The notes: generated from the letters alone by a model not told the origin. Shown: positions 1 to 9,171, counted from the stretch's first letter. The stretch is 32,000 nt of DNA from Planctomycetota bacterium (GCA_020425515.1 JAGQRI010000109.1:4397-36396); one strand, 5' to 3'. Numbers and translations are program-made.

Positions 1-1536
1 CATCACCAGGTCATGGGCCTGGTCGGCGTGGCGGGGGAACGTGGAGACGCCGAAGCTGGCGGTTACGCCGATCTTCTGCCCGCCGGGTCCGGCCACGACC
101 ACCTTGCGCTCGACGCCCATCCGAAGCCTCTCCGCCAGTTCCAGGGCGTGGTCGTAGTCGGTCTGTGGCAGCAGCAGCGCGAACTCCTCGCCGCCGTAGC
201 GGGCCGGCAGGTCGGTCACGCGCACCAGCGCCGACAGCAGCAGCGCCGTCTGTTTCAGCACCTTGTCGCCGGTCTGGTGGCCGTAGGTGTCGTTGAAACC
301 CTTGAAGTGGTCGATGTCGAGCATGATCAGCGACAGCGGGTTGCCGTAGCGGGCGGCGCGGTCGATTTCGCCGCGCATGACTTCCTGGAAGTGGCCGTGG
401 TTGTAGAGGCGCGTGAGGCTGTCCCGCTGGGCGCGGTCGAGCACGTTCTGGAAAATCAGCCCGTTGTTGATGGCGAGCGCCGCCTGGTTGGCGAACATCT
501 CGAGCATCGTCAGGCGCTCGGGACCGATGTCGTGCTTCATGCTTGACGCGTCAACGACGATCACCCCGATCGCCTCACGGTCGGCCAGCAGGGGCGCCGC
601 CGCAAACTTCTTCAATGGGAAACGCTCGGCTATCTGCGGGTGTACGCGCAGTTGCGGCTCTTCCTTCAGCGTTTCGTGGGTGACGGTTTCGCCGGTGCGC
701 ACGGCATGGATCAGGATGCTGAGCTCGTCGCCGAGCGGCACCTTCACGTTGCGGACCAGCTCGGACAACTCGCCCCAGCGGCGCGCGAGAACCGGCTGCG
801 TGCTTTCGAGCGACTTCTTCAGCGGCGCGTCGTGACTGGTAAGCCCGCGCCAGATGCCCCACGCGTCGCGCAGCCCGATGCTGTCCACGCAGATCTGGCC
901 GACGAGCTTTTCGCGGTCCTGGTCCACGGTGAAGATGATCGCGTGGTCGTAGCCGCCGCCCTCGGCGCTGGTGAGCGCGCTGGCGATGATGAACAGGGCC
1001 TTCTCGAGGTCCATCGTCTTGCGCAACGCGTTGCTGACCTGCTGCAGCGCCAGCAGGTCCTCGTTCTGGTGCGCGAGGCGCTGTTTCAGGATCGCGCGTT
1101 CGGTGGTATCGAGACCGATGATGCTGACACCGGCCATGCGTGCCTCGTCGTCCAGCACGGGGTCGACGACGAAGTCGAAGAAGAAGACCTCGCCGCTGTC
1201 CGGGTCCTCGATACGTACTTCCTTCTCTTCGCTGGGAACGCCGAGCGCGATGGTGCGCTGGAAGATGTGCTCGCGGTTGACCTCGCTGATGACCGGCAAC
1301 ACTTCGTCATACGGGCGCCCCAGAACCTCCGTGAAAGGCCTGCGAAACAGGCGCTCGGCGGCGCGGTTGTAGCGCACGACGCGCATGTTGGTATCGAGCA
1401 CGATCGAAACGATGGAAACCTGGTCAAAGATGCGCTTGGGCGGCGGGCCGCCAAGGTCAACGGTACGCGTACGGCGCTCCAACCGTTCCTGGAGCGCCGT
1501 CTCTTTGGGTTTGCCCGTTATCTTTTCCTGTCCCAT
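1..1536 (-). CDS. PAS-GAF-GGDEF diguanylate cyclase (C-terminus cut by window edge)
   Basis: Not in the ORF track because it has no stop inside the window. My reverse-complement translation from ATG 1536-1534 gives an open 512-codon frame down to base 1. It contains a PAS-like segment (VSIVLDTNMRVVRYNRAAERLF) and a GAF-like segment (LQQVSNALRKTMDLEKAL ... AAPLLADREAIGVIVVD). The GGDEF domain reads RDSLTRLYNHGHF, DIDHFKGFNDTYGH and RVTDLPARYGGEEF, with an RxxD I-site 5 residues before GGEEF. Confidence 0.9.
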   Translation of the reverse strand, partial: MGQEKITGKPKETALQERLERRTRTVDLGGPPPKRIFDQVSIVSIVLDTNMRVVRYNRAAERLFRRPFTEVLGRPYDEVLPVISEVNREHIFQRTIALGVPSEEKEVRIEDPDSGEVFFFDFVVDPVLDDEARMAGVSIIGLDTTERAILKQRLAHQNEDLLALQQVSNALRKTMDLEKALFIIASALTSAEGGGYDHAIIFTVDQDREKLVGQICVDSIGLRDAWGIWRGLTSHDAPLKKSLESTQPVLARRWGELSELVRNVKVPLGDELSILIHAVRTGETVTHETLKEEPQLRVHPQIAERFPLKKFAAAPLLADREAIGVIVVDASSMKHDIGPERLTMLEMFANQAALAINNGLIFQNVLDRAQRDSLTRLYNHGHFQEVMRGEIDRAARYGNPLSLIMLDIDHFKGFNDTYGHQTGDKVLKQTALLLSALVRVTDLPARYGGEEFALLLPQTDYDHALELAERLRMGVERKVVVAGPGGQKIGVTASFGVSTFPRHADQAHDLVM

Positions 1537-4500
1537 CAGGATCCGCCGGCGGCGAACTTCTCTTTCCCCCGTTTCATGAACTCTCCGAATTCGTCGGGCG
1601 TCAGCGAGTTTATGAACTGGGGCGGTACGAACTTCTCAAGCTGCTTTCCATCCGCGTCCACAATAACATACATGGGGACGCCCTTCTCGCCCTGCCCGTA
1701 CTTCTCGTAGTTCGCAACCGCCTTTTTGTCGCCGATGTCGGTGTACTGCTGGCAGAGAACAAAGTCACCAGCCAGCATTTCACTCACCGGTTTGCGCGGG
1801 AAGATGTTGGTCTCAACCCAGCGGCAGTTGCTGCAGATGCGCCCGGTGAAGTCGATGAAAACAGGCTTGCCGGTCTTCTTTGACTCGGCCATGGCTTCAT
1901 CCAGGTCCTGGTGCCACTTCAGGCTGTGAACGTCCGGGGCGCCTGAACCACCGCCGCCGCCGGGATTGGCCGACGCGTAGAGTTCCGGGTTGCGCGGCGG
2001 CAGGAAGCCGTCCAGCAGCCCCATCGGCGCGCCGCGGACAAGCCCAGGCACCATGTAGACCGCGAAACCGAGAAAGGCCAGGGCAAACAGCAACCTGACC
2101 ACGCCGATCTTTTCAGCGGGTTCGTGGTCGTGCGGCATGCGGAACAAGCCAAGCAGGTACAGGCCCGAACCCGCCATGCACGCGATCCAGAAGGCATCCA
2201 CCACTTCGCGGGTGATGAAATTCGGATACTGGGTGCTGGACCAGGCCAGGTCCGCCCAGGCGAAGTAGCGGATCGCCACGGCGATTTCGATGAACGCGAA
2301 AGTCACCTTCAACGCGTTCATCCAGCCGCCCGATTTCGGCAGCTTCTTCAGCAGGCTGGGGAACATGCCCATCACGAAAATCGGAAGCGCCATGCCGCTG
2401 CTGAACGAAAGCATCGCGAGGGTGGGCATCCAGAAACTGCCGTGCGCGGCCTCGGCCAGGAACGTTGCCGCAATCGGGCCCGTGCAGGAGAAGCTGATCA
2501 CGGCAAAACTCCCGCCGCTCAGCAGGGCGGTGGCGTATCCCTTGCCGGCCTGCTGGTTCTTCATCTGTTTTTTGCTGATCCAGCCGGTAAGGAACGCCGG
2601 GGCACGCAGCTCAAACAGCCCGAAAAAGCTGAGGGCAAACACGACGAACAACACACCTATGGCGATGTTCACGAACGGATTGGTCGAGATGATCTGCGCA
2701 CCCTGGTCCTTCAGCAGCAGCGAGGTAAGCAGCCCGAAGACCGTAAACGTCGCGACGATGCAGGTGCAGTAAATGAACGCCGTAAGCAGCGGCGAGCGTT
2801 TGTGCTCGGCCTGCTTGACGAAGAAGCTGACGGTTAGCGGCAGCACCGGCAATACGCAGGGTGTAAGCAGCGTCACCATGCCGCCAAGGAACGTGAGCAG
2901 GATAAACAGGAAGATGTTGTCGTTCGGGCTGGGCGAGTTGCTTTCCCCCGCATCGTCGCCTTTTTCGCCCTGGCCGGCCTTGGGCGGCGTCTTCTGCGTG
3001 CCGGTTTCGGCGTGGTCGCCCTCGTTCATGCTGGGATCGACAATCGACTTCTCAACGCCGTCCGGCGCAACCTCAAGTGCCGCGATGAAACCCATCGGCG
3101 TCTTTTCGAGGTCCGTGAACCAGATGCAGCCCTTCTGGTCGCAGTATTGGCCGGCCAGCGTACCTGTCACGAGGCGGCGTCCCGCCTCCGCGTCGTCCGG
3201 CACCTTGAAGGTGCGCGTAACCGTGAACTCGCCGCCGAAGGCCCACTCGTCGGCCTCGAAGTTGTTGCCCGGGTCGCTGACCGGGATCACCCGGTACTGC
3301 GGAAAGCGCCAGTCCCCCACCGGCTCGAGCCCGCCGGCATCCACCTGCTTGAGCTGGAACAGCGACATGCCGTCCGCGTGCGGGCTGTCCGGGTGGTACA
3401 TGTGGAACGGCCCGCTGCCGCGCGACTTCAGCTTGAACTTGAGCACCAGCGTGACTTCACCGCCCGGGCGGACCTTTTCGGCGCTGAAGTAGCTTTCGAA
3501 ATCCCAGTCGTTCTTGAACTCGTCCGGCTGCGGCCCGGGCAGCCCCTTGGGCCAGTCCTTGTCCAGCTTCGACGGATCGACCGCTTCCTTCACCTCGGGG
3601 ATCGGGTCGCCCTTCAGGAAGGCGATGAACTGGACGGCGTGAGTCTCGGCGGGGAGGGTGCTGGCGATGCCGCGCACGACCGGGAACGGGTCCTCGGGGT
3701 CGATCACGGCGTAGTACGGCACGCCGGACTTCTTCGACGGCCGGTACTTCTCCCAGAGTTCGTTGTAGCGGGCGTTGTCGATATCGTTCTGCACGCTGAC
3801 GATCACGAACTTCTTCATCAGCTCCTGCACTTCCGGCAGGACGAAGACCGTCTTCTCCATCCGGCGGCAGGGGCCGCAGAACTTGCCGTTGAAGTCGACC
3901 AGCAACGGGCGTTCTTCCTCAAGCGCTTTGTTGATCGCGTAGTCGAAGTCCAGATAGAAGCCGAGTTCGTTTTTCTCGTCGCTGAATGCAGGCTTCTCCG
4001 GCTCGGTCACGGTCAGTGTTGCCGTCGCGTGGCCGTCGCGCATGAAGCAGGCCTCGGGGTCGCAAACCAGCGCCGACCACTTGGCCTTGATCGGCAGGTC
4101 GCCCTTCGCGTCCTCGGGCACGTCGAAGATGAACTTGATGGTTACGCCGTCCGGGTATTCCCACTCTTCACCCAAATCGGCGTCTTCGACCTTCTCGGGC
4201 GTCGGCCACTGCTCGTCAACCAGCTTCAAACCCGACAGCTCGCTCCAGGTGAATTCGGGCGCGATGCCGGTGCCGGGGTTGCCCTTGGCGTAGCAATGGA
4301 ATCCCTTGGTGAAGGTGAACTTCCACTCCAGGGTCGCCTGGCCGCCGGGCTGGGCCGGGCCGGTAAATGACAGCTCGGCCGTGGCGATCGGCAGCTCGGG
4401 TTCTTCGGTCGCGGCCGCGCCCTCAACCGGAATCTCGGCCGTGAAATCATCCTCGCTCTGCATGCAGCCGTCGGCGTCGCAGAACTGGGTTTCATGGTGA

Positions 4501-4871
4501 CCGCTGACGGTCAGTGTGCCCGATGCGTCAGCCGGGACCTTGAAGGTGTAGGCGATGTCGAACGTACCCGAGAGTTCCCACTCCTCGCCGTAGTCGTCGG
4601 CGTGCTTGTGGGGTTCGGGCCAGGTGTCCTTGACCAGTTCCAGGCCGGAAAGCTCTTTCCAGGTGACGTTGACCGGCTGGCTGTAGCCGGGGTTGTCCTT
4701 GTGGTAGGCGTGGTACCCATCGGGCACGGTAAAACGCAGCTTGAGGGTGTACTCACCGCCGGGGGTGGCTTTACCCTCAACGACCGGCTCGCACTCGACC
4801 GTGAGACCCATCTGAGCCTGGATCGCTGGCGCAAGCACCGCGAGCAGAAGCAGACAAACGGCATACCGCAT
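1536..4871 (-). CDS. Expanded DsbD-family thiol:disulfide reductase: 3x DsbD-N(alpha)-like modules, internal thioredoxin (CGPC), DsbD/CcdA membrane core, C-terminal thioredoxin-like domain (CSNC)
   Basis: Track ORF is 1536..4910. I prefer ATG 4871 over GTG 4910 because it gives the signal peptide MRYAVCLLLLAVLAPAIQAQ and has an SD-like AAGGAAGGAAG ending 4 nt upstream. Three paralogous modules each carry G(Y/F)HxY or FHMYH and a terminal CxxxxC (FCDADGC, VCDPEAC, YCDQKGC). Other motifs are FCGPCRRM, the TM core cysteines LTPCVLPVLP and SFSCTGP, and the C-terminal GRICSNCRW. Confidence 0.85.
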   Translation of the reverse strand: MRYAVCLLLLAVLAPAIQAQMGLTVECEPVVEGKATPGGEYTLKLRFTVPDGYHAYHKDNPGYSQPVNVTWKELSGLELVKDTWPEPHKHADDYGEEWELSGTFDIAYTFKVPADASGTLTVSGHHETQFCDADGCMQSEDDFTAEIPVEGAAATEEPELPIATAELSFTGPAQPGGQATLEWKFTFTKGFHCYAKGNPGTGIAPEFTWSELSGLKLVDEQWPTPEKVEDADLGEEWEYPDGVTIKFIFDVPEDAKGDLPIKAKWSALVCDPEACFMRDGHATATLTVTEPEKPAFSDEKNELGFYLDFDYAINKALEEERPLLVDFNGKFCGPCRRMEKTVFVLPEVQELMKKFVIVSVQNDIDNARYNELWEKYRPSKKSGVPYYAVIDPEDPFPVVRGIASTLPAETHAVQFIAFLKGDPIPEVKEAVDPSKLDKDWPKGLPGPQPDEFKNDWDFESYFSAEKVRPGGEVTLVLKFKLKSRGSGPFHMYHPDSPHADGMSLFQLKQVDAGGLEPVGDWRFPQYRVIPVSDPGNNFEADEWAFGGEFTVTRTFKVPDDAEAGRRLVTGTLAGQYCDQKGCIWFTDLEKTPMGFIAALEVAPDGVEKSIVDPSMNEGDHAETGTQKTPPKAGQGEKGDDAGESNSPSPNDNIFLFILLTFLGGMVTLLTPCVLPVLPLTVSFFVKQAEHKRSPLLTAFIYCTCIVATFTVFGLLTSLLLKDQGAQIISTNPFVNIAIGVLFVVFALSFFGLFELRAPAFLTGWISKKQMKNQQAGKGYATALLSGGSFAVISFSCTGPIAATFLAEAAHGSFWMPTLAMLSFSSGMALPIFVMGMFPSLLKKLPKSGGWMNALKVTFAFIEIAVAIRYFAWADLAWSSTQYPNFITREVVDAFWIACMAGSGLYLLGLFRMPHDHEPAEKIGVVRLLFALAFLGFAVYMVPGLVRGAPMGLLDGFLPPRNPELYASANPGGGGGSGAPDVHSLKWHQDLDEAMAESKKTGKPVFIDFTGRICSNCRWVETNIFPRKPVSEMLAGDFVLCQQYTDIGDKKAVANYEKYGQGEKGVPMYVIVDADGKQLEKFVPPQFINSLTPDEFGEFMKRGKEKFAAGGS

Positions 4872-5056
4872 GAATCTTCCTTCCTTAGCATTCCCCGCAG
4901 GCGGGGCCACACACCTGAGCCCTATATGCTACGTGAGACGGGGCGAATTGGGCATGATTTTCCGGGGCGCGCCGTTTGCATCACAACCGGGCGATTCTAT
5001 CGTTCGTTCCCGTAACAGCCGCCCCGGCGGCTTTATTCGCTTCAATGCGGAGCATC

Positions 5057-6307
5057 ATGCGCTACCTGCTGGTCCTGATTGACGGGCTTGCCGACACGCC
5101 CCTTCCGGAACTCGGGGGCAAGACGCCCCTTGAAGCCGCCAACGCACCCGCGCTGGACAAGCTGGCTACACACGGGCGGCTGGGCACGATCCGCACCATC
5201 CCGCGAGAAGAACCACCCGAAACCCTGGCCGCGCTGTTCACGCTGCTCGGCTACCCGCCGGGGCCGTACCTGACCGGACGCGGCTACTACGAGGCGCTTT
5301 CCGCCGGGCTGATGCTCGGCGAAGAGGAATGGTGCTTCCGCCTGCAGTTCGTCACCGAGGTGGACGGCAAACTGGTGGACCCCCGCGCCGGCGGGCTCAG
5401 CGAAGAAGAAGGGCGCGAGCTGCTGAAGGCGCTCGAGATGCACTTCAAGCAGACCAAGATCCGTTTCGTACAGGGGCGCGGGCACAACCACCTGCTGATC
5501 ATCGACGGCACGGATTTCAACGGGCTCACCACGGTCAGCCCGTTCAACATCCTCGACCTGCCGACCGGCGAGCACCTGCCCGAAGGACCCGGGCATGAAG
5601 TGCTGCTGAAAATCATGAACGAGTCGCCGGCCGTGCTGAAGAAGCACGAAGTCAACCGCGTGCGGCTCGACCTCGGGCAGAACCCGGCCAACGCCGTCTG
5701 GATCTGGGGCGGCGGCGCGACCGTCGACGTACCCGGCTTCCAGAAGACCTTCGGCATCGACGCGGCGATGGTCAGCTACAGCGACCTGTATCGCGGCGTT
5801 GCGGTCGCCACCGGCATCAAGGTCGTGAACCCCGGCGAGAACCCGTTCGTGCGCGACCCCAGCGGGCGCATGACCAAGGTGAACGTGGACGACGCCGTCA
5901 CCAAGGCGAACGAGACCGACGAGATTACCCGGACGCGCGAATCGACCGAGCTCGCGCTGGCGGACAACCAACTGGTAATCGCGCATTTCAGCGCGCCCGA
6001 TGAGCACAGCCACCAGGGCGACCCGAAAGGCAAGGTGCGCGCGATCGAGTTGCTGGACAAGCACTTCTTCAAGCCGCTCTCGAAGAAACTCGAAGAGTTG
6101 CAGGACGTGCGTCTGACCGTCGTGCCGACCCTGATGTCCCGCTGCGAAACCCGCCAGCACGACGAGCGCCCGGTGCCGTTCATGATGTGGGGCGCCGAAG
6201 TCGAGAGCCGCTGGCAACTCACGCTGACCGAAAGCAACGCCGAGGAAACCGGCATCAAGATTGACGACGGCACGCGCCTGATTGACTACATTATGCACGG
6301 GCTCTAG
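5057..6307 (+). CDS. Cofactor-independent phosphoglycerate mutase family protein, archaeal ApgM type (true substrate uncertain)
   Basis: Track ORF is 4976..6307. I moved the start to ATG 5057 (MRYLLVLIDGLADTP...), which is the conserved N-terminal metal-binding DG motif of this metalloenzyme family. A later HFSAPDEHSHQGD motif is also present. The family was recognised from memory of ApgM-like sequences, not by search. Confidence 0.75.
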   Translation: MRYLLVLIDGLADTPLPELGGKTPLEAANAPALDKLATHGRLGTIRTIPREEPPETLAALFTLLGYPPGPYLTGRGYYEALSAGLMLGEEEWCFRLQFVTEVDGKLVDPRAGGLSEEEGRELLKALEMHFKQTKIRFVQGRGHNHLLIIDGTDFNGLTTVSPFNILDLPTGEHLPEGPGHEVLLKIMNESPAVLKKHEVNRVRLDLGQNPANAVWIWGGGATVDVPGFQKTFGIDAAMVSYSDLYRGVAVATGIKVVNPGENPFVRDPSGRMTKVNVDDAVTKANETDEITRTRESTELALADNQLVIAHFSAPDEHSHQGDPKGKVRAIELLDKHFFKPLSKKLEELQDVRLTVVPTLMSRCETRQHDERPVPFMMWGAEVESRWQLTLTESNAEETGIKIDDGTRLIDYIMHGL

Positions 6308-6310
6308 CTG

Positions 6311-6838
6311 ATGACCGACGAATACAAAACATTGTTCGACGCCGAGGCCGTACAGAAGCGCGTGGCCGAGCTGGCGAAGCAGATCTCGAGCGACTACGCC
6401 GGCGGGCGCCTGCTGTGCCTGGTGGTGCTGCGCGGCGGATTCTTCTTCGCCGCGGACCTGATCCGCATGCTGGAAAACGTCGAGATCGAGCTCGAGTTCG
6501 TGAAGTTGCAGACCTACGCCGGGCGCACTTCAACCGGCCACACGCGCATGCTGACACAGATGCCCAAGGTCGCCGGCTACGATGTGCTGGTGATCGAAGA
6601 CCTGGTCGACACCGGGCTGACGCTTTCCAATCTGCACGATGGACTGAAGGCCCAGGGGCCGAACTCGCTGCGCTACGCGATCGTCGTCGACAAGAAGGCC
6701 CACCGGAAAGTCGAGTTCGAGTGCGAGTACGTCGCGTTCGATTACCAGGGCGACGAGTTCCTGGTCGGCTACGGCATGGACGACCACAACAAGGGCCGGA
6801 CGCTGCCGTACATTGCCGCCGTGACCAAGCGGGACTAG
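6311..6838 (+). CDS. hpt: Hypoxanthine(-guanine) phosphoribosyltransferase
   Basis: 175 aa. It has the PRPP-binding loop VLVIEDLVDTGLTL, plus LRGGFFFAADL and FLVGYGMD, which are typical HPRT motifs. It starts 3 nt after the upstream stop. Confidence 0.9.
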   Translation: MTDEYKTLFDAEAVQKRVAELAKQISSDYAGGRLLCLVVLRGGFFFAADLIRMLENVEIELEFVKLQTYAGRTSTGHTRMLTQMPKVAGYDVLVIEDLVDTGLTLSNLHDGLKAQGPNSLRYAIVVDKKAHRKVEFECEYVAFDYQGDEFLVGYGMDDHNKGRTLPYIAAVTKRD

Positions 6839-6886
6839 TTTCTCGCCACTCGGCCAAGTACCTGATTCACCAATGAAACCTGCCCC

Positions 6887-6919
6887 TATCACAGACGGCG
6901 CAATGCGCCGTTTGTGATA
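6887..6919 (+). terminator. Long hairpin downstream of hpt (no U-tract)
   Basis: TATCACAGACGGCGCA-A-TGCGCCGTTTGTGATA forms 16-nt arms with one G.U position. It is not followed by a T-run, so it is either a stabiliser/processing hairpin or an intrinsic terminator without a U-tract. Confidence 0.35.
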
Positions 6920-6943
6920 AGTGCGCTCCGCGCATCGCCAGAT

Positions 6944-6970
6944 TTCCGGCACCTGCCTGCCGGAAGTTTT
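6944..6970 (+). terminator. Rho-independent terminator candidate after hpt
   Basis: TTCCGGCA-cctgcc-TGCCGGAA forms an 8-bp stem and is followed by GTTTT. Confidence 0.6.
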
Positions 6971-7072
6971 GCATGTAAGTACTTATAAAATAATGGTTTA
7001 TGTGGAACCCGGCGGAACGATTGGCGTTCTATTAGTAGCAGGGCCGAACAATCAACCTACGGGAGAAGAACC

Positions 7073-7660
7073 ATGAAACCACTGTTTGCAGCAATCGCCG
7101 GATTCGCCCTGGTCGGCGCGGTCGGCGCAACCCAACTCAGCGCGCAGCGCGTGCGCATCGACATCAACAAGGGCGACAAGCACGTCAGCGTCAACACCGG
7201 CAGCCGCGGTGCAGCGTCGCGCGACAGCGACTTCCGCAAACCCTCGCGCGTCGAGAACAAGCAGTCCGGGCACTTTGCCATCGTCAAGAAGAAGGTTTTC
7301 GTGCCGGGCCACTTCGAGGACAGGGAAGTCCGCGTGTTCGTGCCGGGCAAATACGTAACGGTCCGCGAGCGCCGGATCGACAGTTGCGGGCACGTCTTCT
7401 ACGTCAACGTTTGCAGGTTCGTGGCCGCGCACTACGAGACCGTCTGCAAGAAGGTGTTCGTGCCCGGTTGTTACGAGATCCGCGAAGAGCGCGTGTGGGT
7501 GGCGGATGACTGCGGCTGCGACACCGGCCACGGCGGCGGACACGACAAGGGCAATGACCACGGCAACGGGCACCAGACCAGCCCCGGCCACAGTGGCAAC
7601 GGCAACGGCAAGAAAGGCGGGCGCAGCAGCCGCAGCCGCCAGGGCCACGGCCGCAGGTAA
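7073..7660 (+). CDS. Secreted repeat protein with VFVPG motifs and a Gly/His/Asn-rich basic tail (hypothetical)
   Basis: The signal peptide is MKPLFAAIAGFALVGAVGATQLSAQ. GGGAGA lies 6 nt upstream of the ATG. An AT-rich patch lies upstream at about 6966-7005, and a hairpin terminator lies downstream. The motif (K/R)VFVPG(H/K/C)(F/Y) occurs three times. The tail reads GHGGGHDKGNDHGNGHQTSPGHSGNGNGKKGGRSSRSRQGHGRR. The antisense ORF 7052..7663 is Ala/Val-rich and was rejected. Confidence 0.7.
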   Translation: MKPLFAAIAGFALVGAVGATQLSAQRVRIDINKGDKHVSVNTGSRGAASRDSDFRKPSRVENKQSGHFAIVKKKVFVPGHFEDREVRVFVPGKYVTVRERRIDSCGHVFYVNVCRFVAAHYETVCKKVFVPGCYEIREERVWVADDCGCDTGHGGGHDKGNDHGNGHQTSPGHSGNGNGKKGGRSSRSRQGHGRR

Positions 7661-7718
7661 CACCGAACCCGGCGGCTGTAGACGCCCTAATCCCCCCGGG
7701 GCGCCCCGCCGGCTGACC

Positions 7719-7753
7719 AGCCCCGCCCGAGCAAGGGCGGGGCTGTCCTATTT
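7719..7753 (+). terminator. Rho-independent terminator candidate
   Basis: AGCCCCGCCC-gagcaa-GGGCGGGGCT is a perfect 10-bp stem, followed by GTCCTATTT. Confidence 0.6.
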
Positions 7754-7869
7754 GAGGCGGCACGTGTCAGGCGGGAGGCGGGAGCAACTGCATACTGCCG
7801 CCTCATGCCCCACTACCCCCATGCTTTCCCCACGGTCGACGCTTTCCGCATGCTTGGCAGAATGCCGCC

Positions 7870-8124
7870 ATGGGTTGGGACTTCCGCAAACTCGGCGAGC
7901 GCATCTGCGTCTGCTATGACGTCAGCAACCAGCAGGCGCTGGAAGCCTGGCAGGCCGGCCCCGCAAGTGTAGGCAGCCTGACGCAAAAGTTCCGCTGCGG
8001 AAGCAACTGCGGCATGTGCATCCCCTACTTCCATACACTGCTGCGCGAGTACCAGCGTGGCGAATGGCCGGCGGAGGATGCCGGACAAACCGCCGATGAC
8101 TGGTTCGGCGCGAATAAGGCATAG
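7870..8124 (+). CDS. BFD-like [2Fe-2S]-binding domain protein (bacterioferritin-associated-ferredoxin-like)
   Basis: 84 aa. Its cysteine pattern is ICVCYDVS ... GSNCGMC (CxC...CxxC), as in Bfd, with extra N- and C-terminal sequence compared with the roughly 64-aa classical Bfd. Confidence 0.7.
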   Translation: MGWDFRKLGERICVCYDVSNQQALEAWQAGPASVGSLTQKFRCGSNCGMCIPYFHTLLREYQRGEWPAEDAGQTADDWFGANKA

Positions 8125-8126
8125 GC

Positions 8127-8693
<567 letters not shown>

Positions 8694-9146
8694 ATGCGAT
8701 TTCTCAACCGCCAGTGGATCGAAGGTGGCTACGACGACGACACTACCGGTCTGTACTGGGCGGTGTACGTGCGCCACCTGGAAGACATCGCGCCGGACAC
8801 GCCGCAATGGGTGCGCGCGCTCGGGGCGATGTCGATGGGCAAGCACTTCGCCGGCTGCCCGGTTTCGTCGTGCAGCCTCAATGCCGAAGCAGGCGTGTTC
8901 CACCTGGTGATCGAATTGCAGACCATCGAGGGCGGAGCGTTTCTCGACATCGAGTACCAGGGCGTCGACCCGGACAGCGTGGACGTGCACGCCTTTGACG
9001 ACGTCGAGTTCCTGCTGACGGACGAAATCGACCTCGCACCCGGCGAGAAGTTCGAGCACCGTCTGCTGCTCAGCCCCGAAGGCGAGTTCGCCATCCAGTT
9101 CAAGGATCTAAGGCTGAACCTGACGCAGCCCGGCGAAGAAGAGTGA
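8694..9146 (+). CDS. Hypothetical acidic protein (possibly DUF4085-like, from memory only)
   Basis: The ATG directly abuts the EVE stop (TAGATG). The frame has high GC3, whereas the antisense ORF 8729..9244 is Ser-rich shadow. The layout MRFLNRQWIEGGY ... LTDEIDLAPGEKFEHRLLL loosely resembles YxiG/DUF4085-type proteins. Confidence 0.65.
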   Translation: MRFLNRQWIEGGYDDDTTGLYWAVYVRHLEDIAPDTPQWVRALGAMSMGKHFAGCPVSSCSLNAEAGVFHLVIELQTIEGGAFLDIEYQGVDPDSVDVHAFDDVEFLLTDEIDLAPGEKFEHRLLLSPEGEFAIQFKDLRLNLTQPGEEE

Positions 9147-9171
9147 GGGGCAATTGCGAATGCCGAATTGA

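Noticed and set aside
640-1710. 356-aa plus-strand ORF, together with 13..546 and 413..835, overlapping the left end
   Set aside because: These are antisense to a frame that encodes clear PAS, GAF and GGDEF motifs. Their composition is Arg/Ala/Val/Gly-rich, as expected of shadow ORFs in high-GC DNA.
3012-4370. 452-aa plus-strand ORF, plus 2124..2837 and 2773..3492
   Set aside because: Antisense to the DsbD-like gene, whose domains and cysteine motifs are unambiguous. No recognisable motifs.
5042-6298. 418-aa minus-strand ORF opposite the ApgM-family gene
   Set aside because: Shadow ORF. It is Arg/Gly/Ala/Val-rich, lacks an RBS, and the plus frame carries the conserved family motifs.
7754-7869. 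Fur box or iron-responsive operator upstream of the Bfd-like gene
   Set aside because: No GATAATGATAATCATTATC-like sequence is present. There is only a GAGGCGGCA...TGCCGCCTC inverted repeat (7754-7804) of unknown meaning.
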